64,000 nucleotides of DNA from an uncultured Gammaproteobacteria bacterium (GTDB lineage: Bacteria > Pseudomonadota > Gammaproteobacteria > UBA9214). This document shows positions 20,461 to 30,877 of this stretch, piece by piece. A model generated the notes under the pieces. It saw only the letters and a program-made list of their open reading frames with translations, did no database searches and was not told where the DNA came from. The position numbers and the translations under genes are program-made. Position 1 is the stretch's first letter; each line of letters opens with the position of its first letter. The stretch lies in contig CAWHCQ010000004.1 of NCBI GenBank assembly GCA_963827755.1, positions 110,109 to 174,108 on the forward strand, in the 5' to 3' direction.

Positions 20461-21720
20461 ATGAGAACAGAACATGACAATGTGCTGCTGCGCGTTATGC
20501 GCACAGGCTCAGGTTTCCTGCTGCCCGTCGGCGTGCTGTTGCTGGCCATCATCCTTTTTATGGTCATGATGAAAAGCGCGCCCCGTGCCGAACGTACCCC
20601 CCGGCCGCAACTGGCGCGACTGGTTGAAACCGTCACCGTCAGTTACGGCGATCAACAGGTCTCGATTCCGGCAATGGGAACCGTGCAGCCTGCGCAGCAG
20701 GTGACCCTGCGGCCACAGGTGGATGGCGAGGTGGTGGAAATCAGCCCGCAGCTGGTACCTGGCGGATACTTTGAGGCGGGTAAGCGCCTGCTGCGCATCG
20801 ATGCGGCTGACTACAGGCTTGCCGTGCAGCAGCGCGAAAGCGACCTGGCCAGGGCCAGGGCCGAACTGGCAATCGAACAGGGTAACCAGACCATCGCCCG
20901 GCGTGAAAACGAGATCCTGGGTGAGGTGCTCACCGACCAGGAAAGCAGCCTGGTACTGCGTCAACCACAACTTGCCATGGCCCGGGCGTCGGTGGCGGCG
21001 GCGAAAGCGGCCCTGGACGACGCGCACCTTGCGCTCTCGCGCACAATCATCATGGCACCCTTCGATGCCCTGGTGATGTCGGAATCAGTCGACCTTGGCA
21101 CACGGCTCACCAGCCAGAGTGAAATTGCGACCCTGGTGGGTACCGATGTGTACCGGGTGGAGCTGTCCGTTCCCGGCAGCCAGTTGAAATGGATCACGCT
21201 GCCGGGCATCGATAATGGCGAGGGTGCCGCGGTGACGCTCTACCAGGATGCCGTCTGGGGCCCCGGCCAGTATCGCAGCGGCCGCGTTATTCGCCTGCTG
21301 GGTGAGGTGGGTGATGCGGGACGCATGGCACGGGTGCTGGTGGCAGTTGACGACCCGCTGGCCATTCGAGCGGAAAATGCCGGCGCGCCGCGACTGTTGA
21401 TCGGTGCCTATCTGCGCGCGGAGATTACAGGGCGAACCCTGCCCGGGGCGCTGGCGCTGGAACGTGAATGGCTGCGCGACGGTGATCGTGTGTGGATCAT
21501 GAACGCTGATGATCAGCTTGAAATACGTGACGTCGAAATTGCCTATCGCAGCGGCGACGCGGTGTTCGTTACCGGGGGAGTGGCCGACGGCGAGCGCATC
21601 GTGCGCACTAAAATTGCCGCTGTCGCGGCGGGCATGCCCTTGCGCGTGGACGCCGGCATGGATGCGAGTATGGCAAAACCGGGAAATCCCGGCACGCGTG
21701 GGGCCGCTGCGAATGACTGA
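20461..21720 (+). CDS. RND efflux periplasmic adaptor (MFP)
   Basis: N-terminal TM, lipoyl half-motifs (PQVDGEVV; IMAPFDALV), helical hairpin. Confidence 0.92.
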   Translation: MRTEHDNVLLRVMRTGSGFLLPVGVLLLAIILFMVMMKSAPRAERTPRPQLARLVETVTVSYGDQQVSIPAMGTVQPAQQVTLRPQVDGEVVEISPQLVPGGYFEAGKRLLRIDAADYRLAVQQRESDLARARAELAIEQGNQTIARRENEILGEVLTDQESSLVLRQPQLAMARASVAAAKAALDDAHLALSRTIIMAPFDALVMSESVDLGTRLTSQSEIATLVGTDVYRVELSVPGSQLKWITLPGIDNGEGAAVTLYQDAVWGPGQYRSGRVIRLLGEVGDAGRMARVLVAVDDPLAIRAENAGAPRLLIGAYLRAEITGRTLPGALALEREWLRDGDRVWIMNADDQLEIRDVEIAYRSGDAVFVTGGVADGERIVRTKIAAVAAGMPLRVDAGMDASMAKPGNPGTRGAAAND

Positions 21721-24700
21721 GCGGATTGACAGGCAGCACGGCCCCCTGGCCTGGATGACCCATCACCGGGTGGCGCCCAACCTGCTCATGCTCGTCCTGA
21801 TTATCGGTGGACTCTTCATGAGTACCAAGATCAAGCAGGAAGTCTTCCCCGAATTTGAACTGGATTCCGTCACCATTCGCGTTGCCTTGCCGGGCGCGAG
21901 TCCGCAAGAGGTGGAGGAGGGCGTCATCCTCGCTATCGAGGAAGAGCTGCGCGATCTGGACGGGATCGAGGAGATGCAGGCTACCGCGGCGGAGGGCAGT
22001 GCATCCATCGTGATTGAGCTCGAGGCCGGCGCTGACCATGGCAAGCTCTACCAGGATATCCAGCAGGCCGTGGACCGCGTGGATACCTTCCCGGACGATG
22101 CAGAGGAACCCCGTATCAGCATGGACACCCGGCGTCGCAGTGTGCTCGATCTGCAACTCTACGGCGAGGTAGACGAATGGAACCTGCGCCAGGCCGCCGA
22201 ACAGGTGCGCGACCGGCTGTTGCAGCAGTCGGGAATTACCCAGGTGGAACTGGAAGGCGTGCGCGACCTGGAAATTCACCTGGAGATTCCCCAGGCACGC
22301 TTGCGTGAATACGGGCTGACCCTCGAAGATGTGGCTCGCACCGTGGAACAGGCCGCCCTCGACCGTTCCGGCGGCTCCGTGGAAACCCGCGCAGGCGAAA
22401 TCCTGTTGCGGGTGCAGGAGCGCCGCGAATGGGCTGATGAATTCAGCGGGATTCCCGTCATCGTCGATGCCAAAGGTGCGGTAGTGCGGCTCGGGGACCT
22501 GGCCAGCATCAAGGAGGGGTTCGCACAGAGCGACACCTTCGCCACGTACAATGGCCAACGCGCCGTCGGTATCAGGGTGTACCGCGTCGGCGACCAGACG
22601 CCGGCCAGTGTTTCCGGGGCGACGCGCGAGGCCCTGCCCGGAATCATGGCGGAATTGCCGCCGGCGATTACCGCGGTCATCGAGGACGACGACTCGGAAA
22701 TCTACCAGCAACGCGTACAGTTGTTACTTAAAAACGGCTTCATCGGCCTGGTGCTGGTGCTGGCGCTGCTCAGTGTGTTTCTCGAATTCAAACTTGCCTT
22801 CTGGGTGACGGTGGGCATTCCCACGGCCTTCCTGGGTACCCTGTTGTTCCTGCCGGTTCTGGGCGCCTCCCTCAACATGGTGTCGCTGTTTGCGTTTATT
22901 CTTGCGCTGGGCATCGTGGTGGACGATGCCATTGTCGCGGGCGAGAACATTTATGAATACCGCCAGCGCGGCATGGGCAATCTGCAGGCCGCTATCCGCG
23001 GTGCCCATGACATCGCCGTGCCCATCTCGTTTTCCATCCTCACCAACATGGTTGCTTTCCTGCCGTTGATGCTGGTGCCCGGCGGCTTCGGCAAAATCTG
23101 GGCGGTCATACCGGTGGTCGTTATGACGGCCTTTGCGATTTCATGGGTCGAGGCGCTGTTTATCCTGCCTGCGCACCTGGGGCATGTGCGCAGTCAGTCC
23201 AAGAGCAAGCTGGGGGCACGCTTGCACGCCAGGCAACAGTCCTTCTCACTCGGGTTCCGCCACTTCATCGTGGATGTGTACGGGCCGGTACTGGATGCCG
23301 CGATCCGTTACCGCTACCTGACCGTGGCATTGATGGTCGCCGTGCTGCTGCTGGTGCTTGCGCTGCCCTTGAGCGGGCGGATGGGCTTCATTCTCATGCC
23401 AAAGGTGGAGAGCGATTATGCCCTGGCAACGGCTACCCTGCCGGTCGGCAGCCCACCCCGGGATGCCCGCATTGTGCGTGATCGCCTGGTGAGTGCGGCG
23501 AGTGCTGTGATTGACGCCAACGGCGGCGAACAACTCGGTGCGGGAATTTATGCGCTGGTGCGCGAGAACAGTGTTGAGGTGCGCGCCTATCTGCAGCCGG
23601 CCGGCCAGCGGCCGCTCTCGACGCAGCAGGTAACCGGCCTGTGGCGCAAACAGAGCGGAGAAATCCCCGGGCTGGAAAAATTGCGCTTCGCGTCTGACTC
23701 GGGCGGTCCCGGCAGAGGTGCTTCGGTGAGCATCGAGCTCAGCCATCACGACATTAACGCGCTGGAGAACGCCGCCGGTGCGCTGGCCGCCGGGCTGGAA
23801 GAATTCAGCAGCGCCAAGGATGTGGATAACGGTTTTGCACCCGGCAAGGTGCAGCTCGACTTCCATCCCACGACCGAGGCACGCAGCCTGGGACTCAGTT
23901 CCGCGGAAATCGCCCGACAGGTGCGTGCCGCCTTCTACGGTGCCGAGGCCCTGAAGCAACAACGCGGTCGTAACGAGGTAACTGTCAAAGCGCGACTGCC
24001 CGGGCAGGAACGCCGCAGCGAGGCCAACGTTGAAAACCTGATCCTGATGCTCCCCGGCGGCGGCGAGGTACCCCTGTACGAGGTCGCCAGCGTCGAGCGT
24101 GGCCGCGCCTATACAGAGATCAACCGCCGTGACGCACGCCGCACCGTGACCGTCACCGCCAACGTGGAACCCATCAGCGACACCAGCCGGATACTCGCCA
24201 GCGTGCAGTCCGAACTCCTGCCCCGTCTGGTCGCCGACTATCCGGGCATCAGCTATTCCTTCGAGGGCCGCCAGGCCCACATGCGCGATGCAATGCAGAG
24301 TTTTTTCTCCTCGGTGACCATCTCGCTGATCATCATCTACTTCCTGCTGGCGATTCCGTTTCGCAGCTATATCCAGCCGCTGATCATTATGATGGCGATA
24401 CCCTTCGGGGTGGTGGGGGCGATCCTCGGCCACCTGCTGATGGGTTACAGCCTGTCGATCATTTCCATCATGGGCATCATTGCGCTCGGCGGGGTGCTGA
24501 TCAACGACTCGCTGGTGATGATCCACTACGCCAACAAGCAGCGGCTGGAAGGCCTGGATGCCTTTCATGCCATTCACCAGGCCGGCATCCGCCGCTTCCG
24601 CCCCATCCTGTTGACGACACTGACGACCTTCGGCGGCCTTGCACCGATGATCTTCGAGACCTCGCGACAGGCGCGATTCCTGATCCCCATGGCACTTTCC

Positions 24701-24844
24701 CTGGGCTACGGCATTCTCTTCGGCACCGCCATCATCCTGCTGCTGACACCCTGTCTTTACATGGTTATCGAGGATATCAAGCAGCTGGCCGGATTCGCCG
24801 CGGAACCGGCAGCGGGCGATGTGGCCACCGGGGCGGTGGATTAG
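21713..24844 (+). CDS. RND efflux permease (AcrB/AcrD/AcrF family)
   Basis: PGASPQEVE, GIVVDDAIV, RFRPILLTTLTT. Confidence 0.95.
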   Translation: MTERIDRQHGPLAWMTHHRVAPNLLMLVLIIGGLFMSTKIKQEVFPEFELDSVTIRVALPGASPQEVEEGVILAIEEELRDLDGIEEMQATAAEGSASIVIELEAGADHGKLYQDIQQAVDRVDTFPDDAEEPRISMDTRRRSVLDLQLYGEVDEWNLRQAAEQVRDRLLQQSGITQVELEGVRDLEIHLEIPQARLREYGLTLEDVARTVEQAALDRSGGSVETRAGEILLRVQERREWADEFSGIPVIVDAKGAVVRLGDLASIKEGFAQSDTFATYNGQRAVGIRVYRVGDQTPASVSGATREALPGIMAELPPAITAVIEDDDSEIYQQRVQLLLKNGFIGLVLVLALLSVFLEFKLAFWVTVGIPTAFLGTLLFLPVLGASLNMVSLFAFILALGIVVDDAIVAGENIYEYRQRGMGNLQAAIRGAHDIAVPISFSILTNMVAFLPLMLVPGGFGKIWAVIPVVVMTAFAISWVEALFILPAHLGHVRSQSKSKLGARLHARQQSFSLGFRHFIVDVYGPVLDAAIRYRYLTVALMVAVLLLVLALPLSGRMGFILMPKVESDYALATATLPVGSPPRDARIVRDRLVSAASAVIDANGGEQLGAGIYALVRENSVEVRAYLQPAGQRPLSTQQVTGLWRKQSGEIPGLEKLRFASDSGGPGRGASVSIELSHHDINALENAAGALAAGLEEFSSAKDVDNGFAPGKVQLDFHPTTEARSLGLSSAEIARQVRAAFYGAEALKQQRGRNEVTVKARLPGQERRSEANVENLILMLPGGGEVPLYEVASVERGRAYTEINRRDARRTVTVTANVEPISDTSRILASVQSELLPRLVADYPGISYSFEGRQAHMRDAMQSFFSSVTISLIIIYFLLAIPFRSYIQPLIIMMAIPFGVVGAILGHLLMGYSLSIISIMGIIALGGVLINDSLVMIHYANKQRLEGLDAFHAIHQAGIRRFRPILLTTLTTFGGLAPMIFETSRQARFLIPMALSLGYGILFGTAIILLLTPCLYMVIEDIKQLAGFAAEPAAGDVATGAVD

Positions 24845-24902
24845 GAAACTGCCTTTATGGAGGCGGGGTGAACCGAAACGGTGTGTACCGGACCCGGGTG
24901 GC

Positions 24903-26246
24903 TTATTTCACAGGCTCGGCCAGCGCGGGCCGGGTCCATTCGGACATCAGAATCCAGCGGATAAACTTCTCGCGGGGCATCGGCTTGCCGATATGGTATC
25001 CCTGGCCATGGTGGCAGCCCATGCCGATCAGCTGCTGTAATACCTGCTCGTTTTCGATGCCTTCCGCGATCACGCTGAGTTCGAAGTTTTCCCCGAGGTT
25101 GATCATGGTCTGGACAATACGGCCGTCGTTGACGTCTGTCGCCATCCCCATGACGAAGGACTGATCGATTTTCAGCTCGTGTACCGGGAGGTTTTTCAGG
25201 TAACCGAATGATGAGTAGCCGGTGCCGAAATCATCAATCGATAGCTTGACACCGAGTTCACGCAAGCCATGCAGGGTCTCGATGCTGGCTTCCGGGTCTT
25301 TCATGATCGCACTTTCAGTGACCTCGATCATGAGTTCATCGGCTGCGGTATCCCAGGTCCGCAGCGCGCGCTTTACCAGTTCCACCAGCTCGATTTCAGT
25401 CAGGGTGGTAGCGGACAGGTTTACCGCGACCCTGAATTCAGGCCACAGCTGCCTGATTTCAATACCCTGACGCAAGGCGGTGTTGAGGCTCCACAATGTC
25501 ATGGGAAAGATCAGGCCATTCTCTTCCGCCAGTGTGATGAACTCATTCGGACCGATGAATCCGCGCTCGGGACTGTTCCAGCGCATCAATGCTTCGGCGC
25601 CGATCAGGCGATGGTTTTTCAGGTCGACCTTCGGCTGGTAGTAGAGTTCGAACTCGTTGTTCCTGATGGCACGTTCGAGTTCAGGGACAAGTATCAATGA
25701 TGAGATTTCTGTTTCCGTGCTGTCCTTGGCCAGCTTGTAAGACTGGTAGCTTGCGCGTGCCGAATGCAAGGCCATGTCTGCCTGCAGCAGTAGTGCATCG
25801 CTGCTGTCGCCGTGTTCGGGAAATAATGCGATACCGATATGTATCCTGACATCAACGGAACGTCCGTCATCGAGGGTGATTTCATCGAGTTCTGAAATCA
25901 GCTTGTTGGCGGCCAGCTCGGCAAGGTGGGGAGTCTTCAGTTCCGGTAACAGCAGTGCGAACTCGTCGAGACCAACGCGTCCGCTAATGTCATTGTCTCG
26001 CTTGATGGACTGTATGCGTTCGGCGATCTGCTGCAGGACCTGGTCTGCAATACTGTAGCCGTAAACGGAGTTGATCGTCCTGAAGCCCTTTATGTTCAGC
26101 AGGACGACTGCGAGGGCGGCGTCTTTTTGTTTATGCTTTTGAATCTCGCTGTCAAGACGGGAGAAAAATTCTGCACGCCCCGCCATAGCTGCGAATGTGT
26201 CCATGAGTCTGCGCTTGCCGATTCTGCGAGGATGATCTCTGGACAA
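24903..26246 (-). CDS. GGDEF(degenerate)-EAL c-di-GMP phosphodiesterase
   Basis: GLDEF; intact AEALMRW, IEVTES, IDDFGTGYSS, LKID, AEGIE. Confidence 0.9.
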   Translation of the reverse strand: MSRDHPRRIGKRRLMDTFAAMAGRAEFFSRLDSEIQKHKQKDAALAVVLLNIKGFRTINSVYGYSIADQVLQQIAERIQSIKRDNDISGRVGLDEFALLLPELKTPHLAELAANKLISELDEITLDDGRSVDVRIHIGIALFPEHGDSSDALLLQADMALHSARASYQSYKLAKDSTETEISSLILVPELERAIRNNEFELYYQPKVDLKNHRLIGAEALMRWNSPERGFIGPNEFITLAEENGLIFPMTLWSLNTALRQGIEIRQLWPEFRVAVNLSATTLTEIELVELVKRALRTWDTAADELMIEVTESAIMKDPEASIETLHGLRELGVKLSIDDFGTGYSSFGYLKNLPVHELKIDQSFVMGMATDVNDGRIVQTMINLGENFELSVIAEGIENEQVLQQLIGMGCHHGQGYHIGKPMPREKFIRWILMSEWTRPALAEPVK

Positions 26247-26251
26247 AAGTC

Positions 26252-27538
26252 CTAGAGATAGTAGTCGCCTGGATCGAAATCGAAGTCTTCAGGGTCCAGG
26301 GCATGGACAATGGTAAGCCGTTCACCCAGGCTCTTTTCTTCATGTTTCATCAGGTCGAGAATTTGCGGCTTCTCGTAGGGCTCCTTGTCAGCGTTCAGTA
26401 TCAGCAGCAACTTCGGGCTGAGACGCCGAATGCGGTTCTGGGACATGACAATCGCGACCTGCCCGGAACTCAGTTCAACCAGGGTGCCGGTCGGATAGAT
26501 ACCCTGGCACTGGATGAACTGCTCTACCAGGTCCTCCTGGAAGTCGGTGCCGCGCCACTTGTAGAGCTCACGAATCGCGTCATGCGCGGAAAGGGCCTTC
26601 TTGTGGGGTCGATCACTGGTCATGGCGTCATAGCTGTCGACGATAGCGGCGATCCGGCCGCACACGGGAATGGCCGTGTCCTCGAGTTTTTGCGGGTACC
26701 CCATGCCATTGAGACGCTCATGATGGCTTGCGACCATCGCCATCGCTGTAGGGGAGACATTTCCAGCTTCTGTCAGTATTTCCGCTCCGAAAGTAACGTG
26801 TTCCTGCATCAACCTGAATTCTTCTTCCGTCAAGGGGCCATTTTTTTCGAGGATTTCCTCAGGAACCCTGAGCTTGCCAATATCCAGCAGCAGGGTGCCC
26901 ATGGCCACATCCTTGAGTTCTTCTTTGGGGTAACCGAGATGGCGGCAGAACGAGGCCGCCAGTGCGCAGGAATCGATGGCATGGGAATAACTGTAGGTGT
27001 CCTTGGCCTTCAATTGGCGTAACAGCATGAAGGCATCGGGGTTGCGCAGGACGCTGTCGGTGATTTCGTCAACGGCCGCCCTGACAGCCGGGACATTGAG
27101 TGTCGCCTTGTTGCGGATGTCACTGAACAGGTCCTGAACCAGGTTTTGAGATTTTTCATGGCTTGTTCTGGCCCGCTCCAGTTCATCCTCCACGGTGATG
27201 ATGTCTTCATACCTGGTCCTGGTATGTGGAAGGCTGGAGACACGTACCAGGTCCTCCATGTTCACCCTGACGCGGGGAGGCGGGATCTTGTAGACATGCG
27301 GGGTATCGTGACCGAGTTCCACGTTGATATAAACGTACTCGCACAATTCCTGCAGGATCTCGATCTCGCGCTGCTCCTGCAACATGAAGCCCTGGAAAAG
27401 AAACGGGGTTTCTACCCAGGGGCGGTCGAGTTCATGGACGTACATCCCCCTCACCAGGTTCGCGGTACTGACGCATTTCATAAATTCAGTGTCTGCCTTG
27501 CTGTCGGTAGCGTCTGCAACAGGGTGCATATTGCTCAT
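26252..27538 (-). CDS. HD-GYP domain protein with N-terminal DUF3391
   Basis: GMYVHELDRPWVETPFLFQGF (DUF3391); LLDIGK (HD altered to LD), HHERLNGMGYP, DAMTSDRP. Confidence 0.88.
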   Translation of the reverse strand: MSNMHPVADATDSKADTEFMKCVSTANLVRGMYVHELDRPWVETPFLFQGFMLQEQREIEILQELCEYVYINVELGHDTPHVYKIPPPRVRVNMEDLVRVSSLPHTRTRYEDIITVEDELERARTSHEKSQNLVQDLFSDIRNKATLNVPAVRAAVDEITDSVLRNPDAFMLLRQLKAKDTYSYSHAIDSCALAASFCRHLGYPKEELKDVAMGTLLLDIGKLRVPEEILEKNGPLTEEEFRLMQEHVTFGAEILTEAGNVSPTAMAMVASHHERLNGMGYPQKLEDTAIPVCGRIAAIVDSYDAMTSDRPHKKALSAHDAIRELYKWRGTDFQEDLVEQFIQCQGIYPTGTLVELSSGQVAIVMSQNRIRRLSPKLLLILNADKEPYEKPQILDLMKHEEKSLGERLTIVHALDPEDFDFDPGDYYL

Positions 27539-27925
27539 TGTTATAATCCTGGATCTTGTCAGGTTACGAGGTGTAATCGATGAAACAGTTATCGGCATAT
27601 GGCGGGTGGTCTTGAGCCGGTTTCTGATGCCATTTGAGGGCGGCCGGGAGGGCAGGGGGCGGTACGGGTTGTGCCTGGGCAAGCTGCTAAAAGTAAACGT
27701 TATTTGTTGCGAAAGAGGCGTGTTTCGGGGGTGCCGGGGTGCCCATTCGGGCGTTGACAGCCGACCCCTGCGGTCCTCGGGCCTGTGCCATCCCGGTAAC
27801 CGTGCATTTCCGGTCTCACCGGTTCATGCGCGTTTGCCGGCTGCTGCTGATGCCAGGCCTGCCCCGCTGCGGTACAGGCCATGGGTAGCCAGCCTGATCA
27901 GTGTAAAAGGTTCACGGGAATTCAA

Positions 27926-28801
27926 TTAAAGCGGGAGTTTTTCCAGGGAACTGATCTTGGTGACGCCGCCGGGTAACTTGCGCAGACGGCGTACACCTTC
28001 ACCACCGATCCAGATGTCGATATCTTCCGGTATCTGCCTGCGCAGCTCCAGTAAATGCGGGCGTATGTTCCTGTACTGGTAGGCTCCACTGAAGGTCAGA
28101 CCGATGATGTCGGCACGAAACTGTTCGGCTGCACGAACGATCTGGTCCATCGGCACCTCGCCACCGAGGTTGATGATCGAGATGTCATGGGAGGAAAGCA
28201 TGGCGGCCACGATCAACAGGCCCAGCGTATGTTTCTCGCCGGGCAGGGTTGCCAGCAGTACAAGGGGTTGCTTCGCGCTTTTCTGCATTCCGGCGATCCT
28301 GGTATTGAGAAACCGGATCAGTTGTTCTGACAAAAAATGTTCCTGGAAGACCTGCAGCTTGCCGCCGACCCAGAGCTCGCCGACGGTATGCAGCAGCGGC
28401 ACGACCGTTGCGGTAACAAATTCTTTCATACCCGTTTTCTCATACTGCAGCTGGAACAGGGTTTCTATTTGCCCGGCATCCGCCGAGCGAATCGCCTCGA
28501 GCATGGCGCTGACCATTTCATCAGGTGGCTGCGTATCTTCTGTCTGCAGGCTGGCCTCGAGCTCATCCATGTCGGTCTCGCTGAGTGGCAGCAGCTTGCC
28601 CGGGCGAATGCCCCGATCCAGCAATCGACGGATCCGCTGCAGCTGCCGCAGCTGCTTCTCGGGGTAGATGCGCTCGCCTTTTTCATTGCGCACAGGCCTG
28701 GGAAAGCCATAGCGGCGTTCCCAGACCCGCAGGGTGTCGCGGCCGATGCCGGTATCCCGTTCGACCACGCCGATCGCGTGGAGCCGGCTGTTTTCAGTCA
28801 T
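27926..28801 (-). CDS. MerR-family regulator with cobalamin-binding domain (CarH/LitR-type photoreceptor repressor)
   Basis: MerR HTH (DTLRVWERRYGFP.P.R), W-x9-EH (GELWVGGKLQVFQEH) and ExHxxG (GEKHTLG), LGGEVP. Confidence 0.88.
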   Translation of the reverse strand: MTENSRLHAIGVVERDTGIGRDTLRVWERRYGFPRPVRNEKGERIYPEKQLRQLQRIRRLLDRGIRPGKLLPLSETDMDELEASLQTEDTQPPDEMVSAMLEAIRSADAGQIETLFQLQYEKTGMKEFVTATVVPLLHTVGELWVGGKLQVFQEHFLSEQLIRFLNTRIAGMQKSAKQPLVLLATLPGEKHTLGLLIVAAMLSSHDISIINLGGEVPMDQIVRAAEQFRADIIGLTFSGAYQYRNIRPHLLELRRQIPEDIDIWIGGEGVRRLRKLPGGVTKISSLEKLPL

Positions 28802-28843
28802 TTGATTACACCTAAAAGTTCATGGTTATTAATAATAACATAA

Positions 28844-28878
28844 TTTGTCCTAGACAAAACTAAAATTCCGTGTATAGT
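28844..28878 (+). promoter_or_regulatory. Palindromic operator overlapping the -35 of the divergent promoter
   Basis: TTTGTC-CTA-GACAAA (28844-28858) contains TAGACA, followed after 16 nt by TATAGT. Confidence 0.65.
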
Positions 28879-28938
28879 CGTGTCATGAGCACTCTAACAG
28901 GCCCATACACCTGTCGAATATCAATGAGGAGAAATGCC

Positions 28939-29103
28939 ATGACCGGCTACGAACGTCAGATCCAGGAAACTGCAAAGTTCTATGACAACGCCATCGCTGC
29001 GGCTGAAAGGGAAAACATCGAAGTCCTTTCGTCGGTCGTCCCCGGCAGCCGCCTGCACCAGGTCATTCACAACCCGGTCGACAGCGGTATCGACGAAGGC
29101 TGA
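28939..29103 (+). CDS. Small hypothetical protein (54 aa)
   Basis: Good RBS GAGGAG, host-like codons, first ORF after the operator. Confidence 0.6.
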   Translation: MTGYERQIQETAKFYDNAIAAAERENIEVLSSVVPGSRLHQVIHNPVDSGIDEG

Positions 29104-29121
29104 GGCGACCCGGACACACTC

Positions 29122-29505
29122 ATGTCGCACCAGGCAGTTATGGATAAACAGGTCGCCATGTTTTTCGACGGCGGTTGTCCTCTGTGTATGCGTGAGGTAA
29201 TTCATTACCAGCGCATTGACCGGGCCCGGGCTGTGCGCTGGGTCGATATCAGCGCACAGCCTGAACAGCTCAAGACCTTCCACTTGAGCTATGAAAATGC
29301 AATGGCACGTTTGCATGTGCTTGATACCGAAGGGCAGATGCACACGGGCGCAGCGGCTTTTGTGGCGCTATGGAATGTATTGCCGTACTACCGCTGGCTG
29401 GCAAGAATAGTCCGCTACACCGGGCTTGTTCCGCTTCTCGAGATGGTCTATCGGCCATTTGCCCGCTGGCGGCTGGCCCGGCGTCGCAACAACTGCCCTG
29501 TCTGA
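29122..29505 (+). CDS. DCC1-like thiol-disulfide oxidoreductase (DUF393)
   Basis: FDGGCPLCMREV, RLHV, GAAAFVALW. Confidence 0.9.
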   Translation: MSHQAVMDKQVAMFFDGGCPLCMREVIHYQRIDRARAVRWVDISAQPEQLKTFHLSYENAMARLHVLDTEGQMHTGAAAFVALWNVLPYYRWLARIVRYTGLVPLLEMVYRPFARWRLARRRNNCPV

Positions 29506-29517
29506 GGCTCGACCAGT

Positions 29518-29742
29518 ATGCTCCCGGTTTTTGATTGCACCACGGAGCTGGGCTGGTTCCGGTTCGCAGTTGGCATGGCCGGATCTGCCCTGGCCGCATT
29601 CTTCCTGCTCTGGTTGCTGGCTGGCTGGATCGGTTGGGTGCCCACACTGGTAGATATCTTTGGTGTCGTCGGGATGAGGACACCGGCATCGTTTACCGTT
29701 GCCGGACTGTTGCTGGCGGCCATCGCGTTCTGGGAATGTTAA
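29518..29742 (+). CDS. Small membrane protein
   Basis: Two hydrophobic helices; operon-like spacing. Confidence 0.6.
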   Translation: MLPVFDCTTELGWFRFAVGMAGSALAAFFLLWLLAGWIGWVPTLVDIFGVVGMRTPASFTVAGLLLAAIAFWEC

Positions 29743-29786
29743 GAGAAATCCCGATCAACAAATCAACCAAGAGGAGGAATAGCATC

Positions 29787-29969
29787 ATGTTCAAGCTGTC
29801 AGATTTTTTTATTCTAGTTGCCGTGGTCGTCTCGTTTGCCGTATCGGCCTATCTATGGTTCAACGGCTTTACTGAGCAGGGCATATTCACCGCGATCTGG
29901 GTACCTTCCATTCTCGCATTCGGTATTTACTTCAAGCTTTCGGCGCTACTGGCCAGGAGGGAAACATAA
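29787..29969 (+). CDS. Small membrane protein (60 aa, GIFxxIWVPSIL motif)
   Basis: RBS GAGGAGG; two TM helices; TAATG overlap with the next ORF. Confidence 0.7.
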   Translation: MFKLSDFFILVAVVVSFAVSAYLWFNGFTEQGIFTAIWVPSILAFGIYFKLSALLARRET

Positions 29970-30160
29970 TGACCGAGCCCAACATTCTCTACCCCGCAAT
30001 ATTTGTGTTCAGCATGCTGCTGATTGGACTTTTACTGACCATCTGGGAGTTTTCACGTCTGCAAAAGTCGACCAGCAGGAGCAAGCAGGAGAAGCGGGGT
30101 GCCAACCCCGGGTCTGGTGGTTCCGATGCCCGGCTGCACAAGGCCTCCGGCTTCCAGTGA
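29969..30160 (+). CDS. Small single-TM protein (63 aa)
   Basis: Translationally coupled; TM ending GLLLTIWEF, basic tail. Confidence 0.65.
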   Translation: MTEPNILYPAIFVFSMLLIGLLLTIWEFSRLQKSTSRSKQEKRGANPGSGGSDARLHKASGFQ

Positions 30161-30209
30161 CCTGCAAGGCCTTGAACTTTTATATTCTGCAGCCATGAAG
30201 GAGATCATT

Positions 30210-30828
30210 ATGAACGGGTACATTCCGAACGGACGGGGCGCCGCAGTTGCCCTGTGTATGGCAGTGATGCTGAACGCACCCGGCATCGCATTCGCCGGGC
30301 CGGGGTGCATGAACGACCAGCGGGCATCCAGGGGTTTTTACCCCTACAACCCGATGCCCCCGCAGACCGCTTATCCGCAGGGACGCCCGTACGGGTACCA
30401 GGCAGCGCCGCCCGTGCACGCCGGGTGGATGGCTGCTCCCTACCGGGGGCCTGCGTATGCCCGGCCGCACTAACCCCGCCGCCAGCGGCGAGCCGGCGGC
30501 GGTTGCCTCGCCCGGCAGCGAAGGGCTGATCGCAGTCGGCAATGACAGCAAGGCTGCCGCTGAAACCATTACCGTGCGCATCAGCGGCATGCGTTTCGAG
30601 CCCGCGAACCTGACCGTTAAACCGGGTACCACTGTTCGATGGGTGCAGAACGACCGCATGCCGCATACCGTCACCGGCAAGGGCAATGCGCTGCGCTCAA
30701 ACACCCTGCAGATGAGCCAGGCTTACAGCTACACGTTTAATGAAGCAGGCCAGTTCGACTACGCCTGTGATTTCCATCCCGCGATGCAGGGTGTTGTCTC
30801 GGTGAAGGAAAGCGGGCTGGATACCTGA
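30210..30828 (+). CDS. Secreted plastocyanin/amicyanin-like cupredoxin, split by a frameshift near 30465
   Basis: Signal peptide and P/Y/G-rich linker (30210-30473), then in another frame FEPANLTVKPGTTVRW...MPHTV...YACDFHPAMQG (type-1 Cu ligands H, C, H, M). Confidence 0.75.
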
Positions 30829-30877
30829 TCGGGCCACCGCCCTGTCGCGCATTCGATCCGTGATCCGGGGATAAGGC

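Noticed and set aside
27540-27925. Riboswitch (c-di-GMP or cobalamin) upstream of HD-GYP
   Set aside because: GC-rich hairpins are present but I could not find the conserved aptamer motifs; an Infernal/Rfam scan would settle it.
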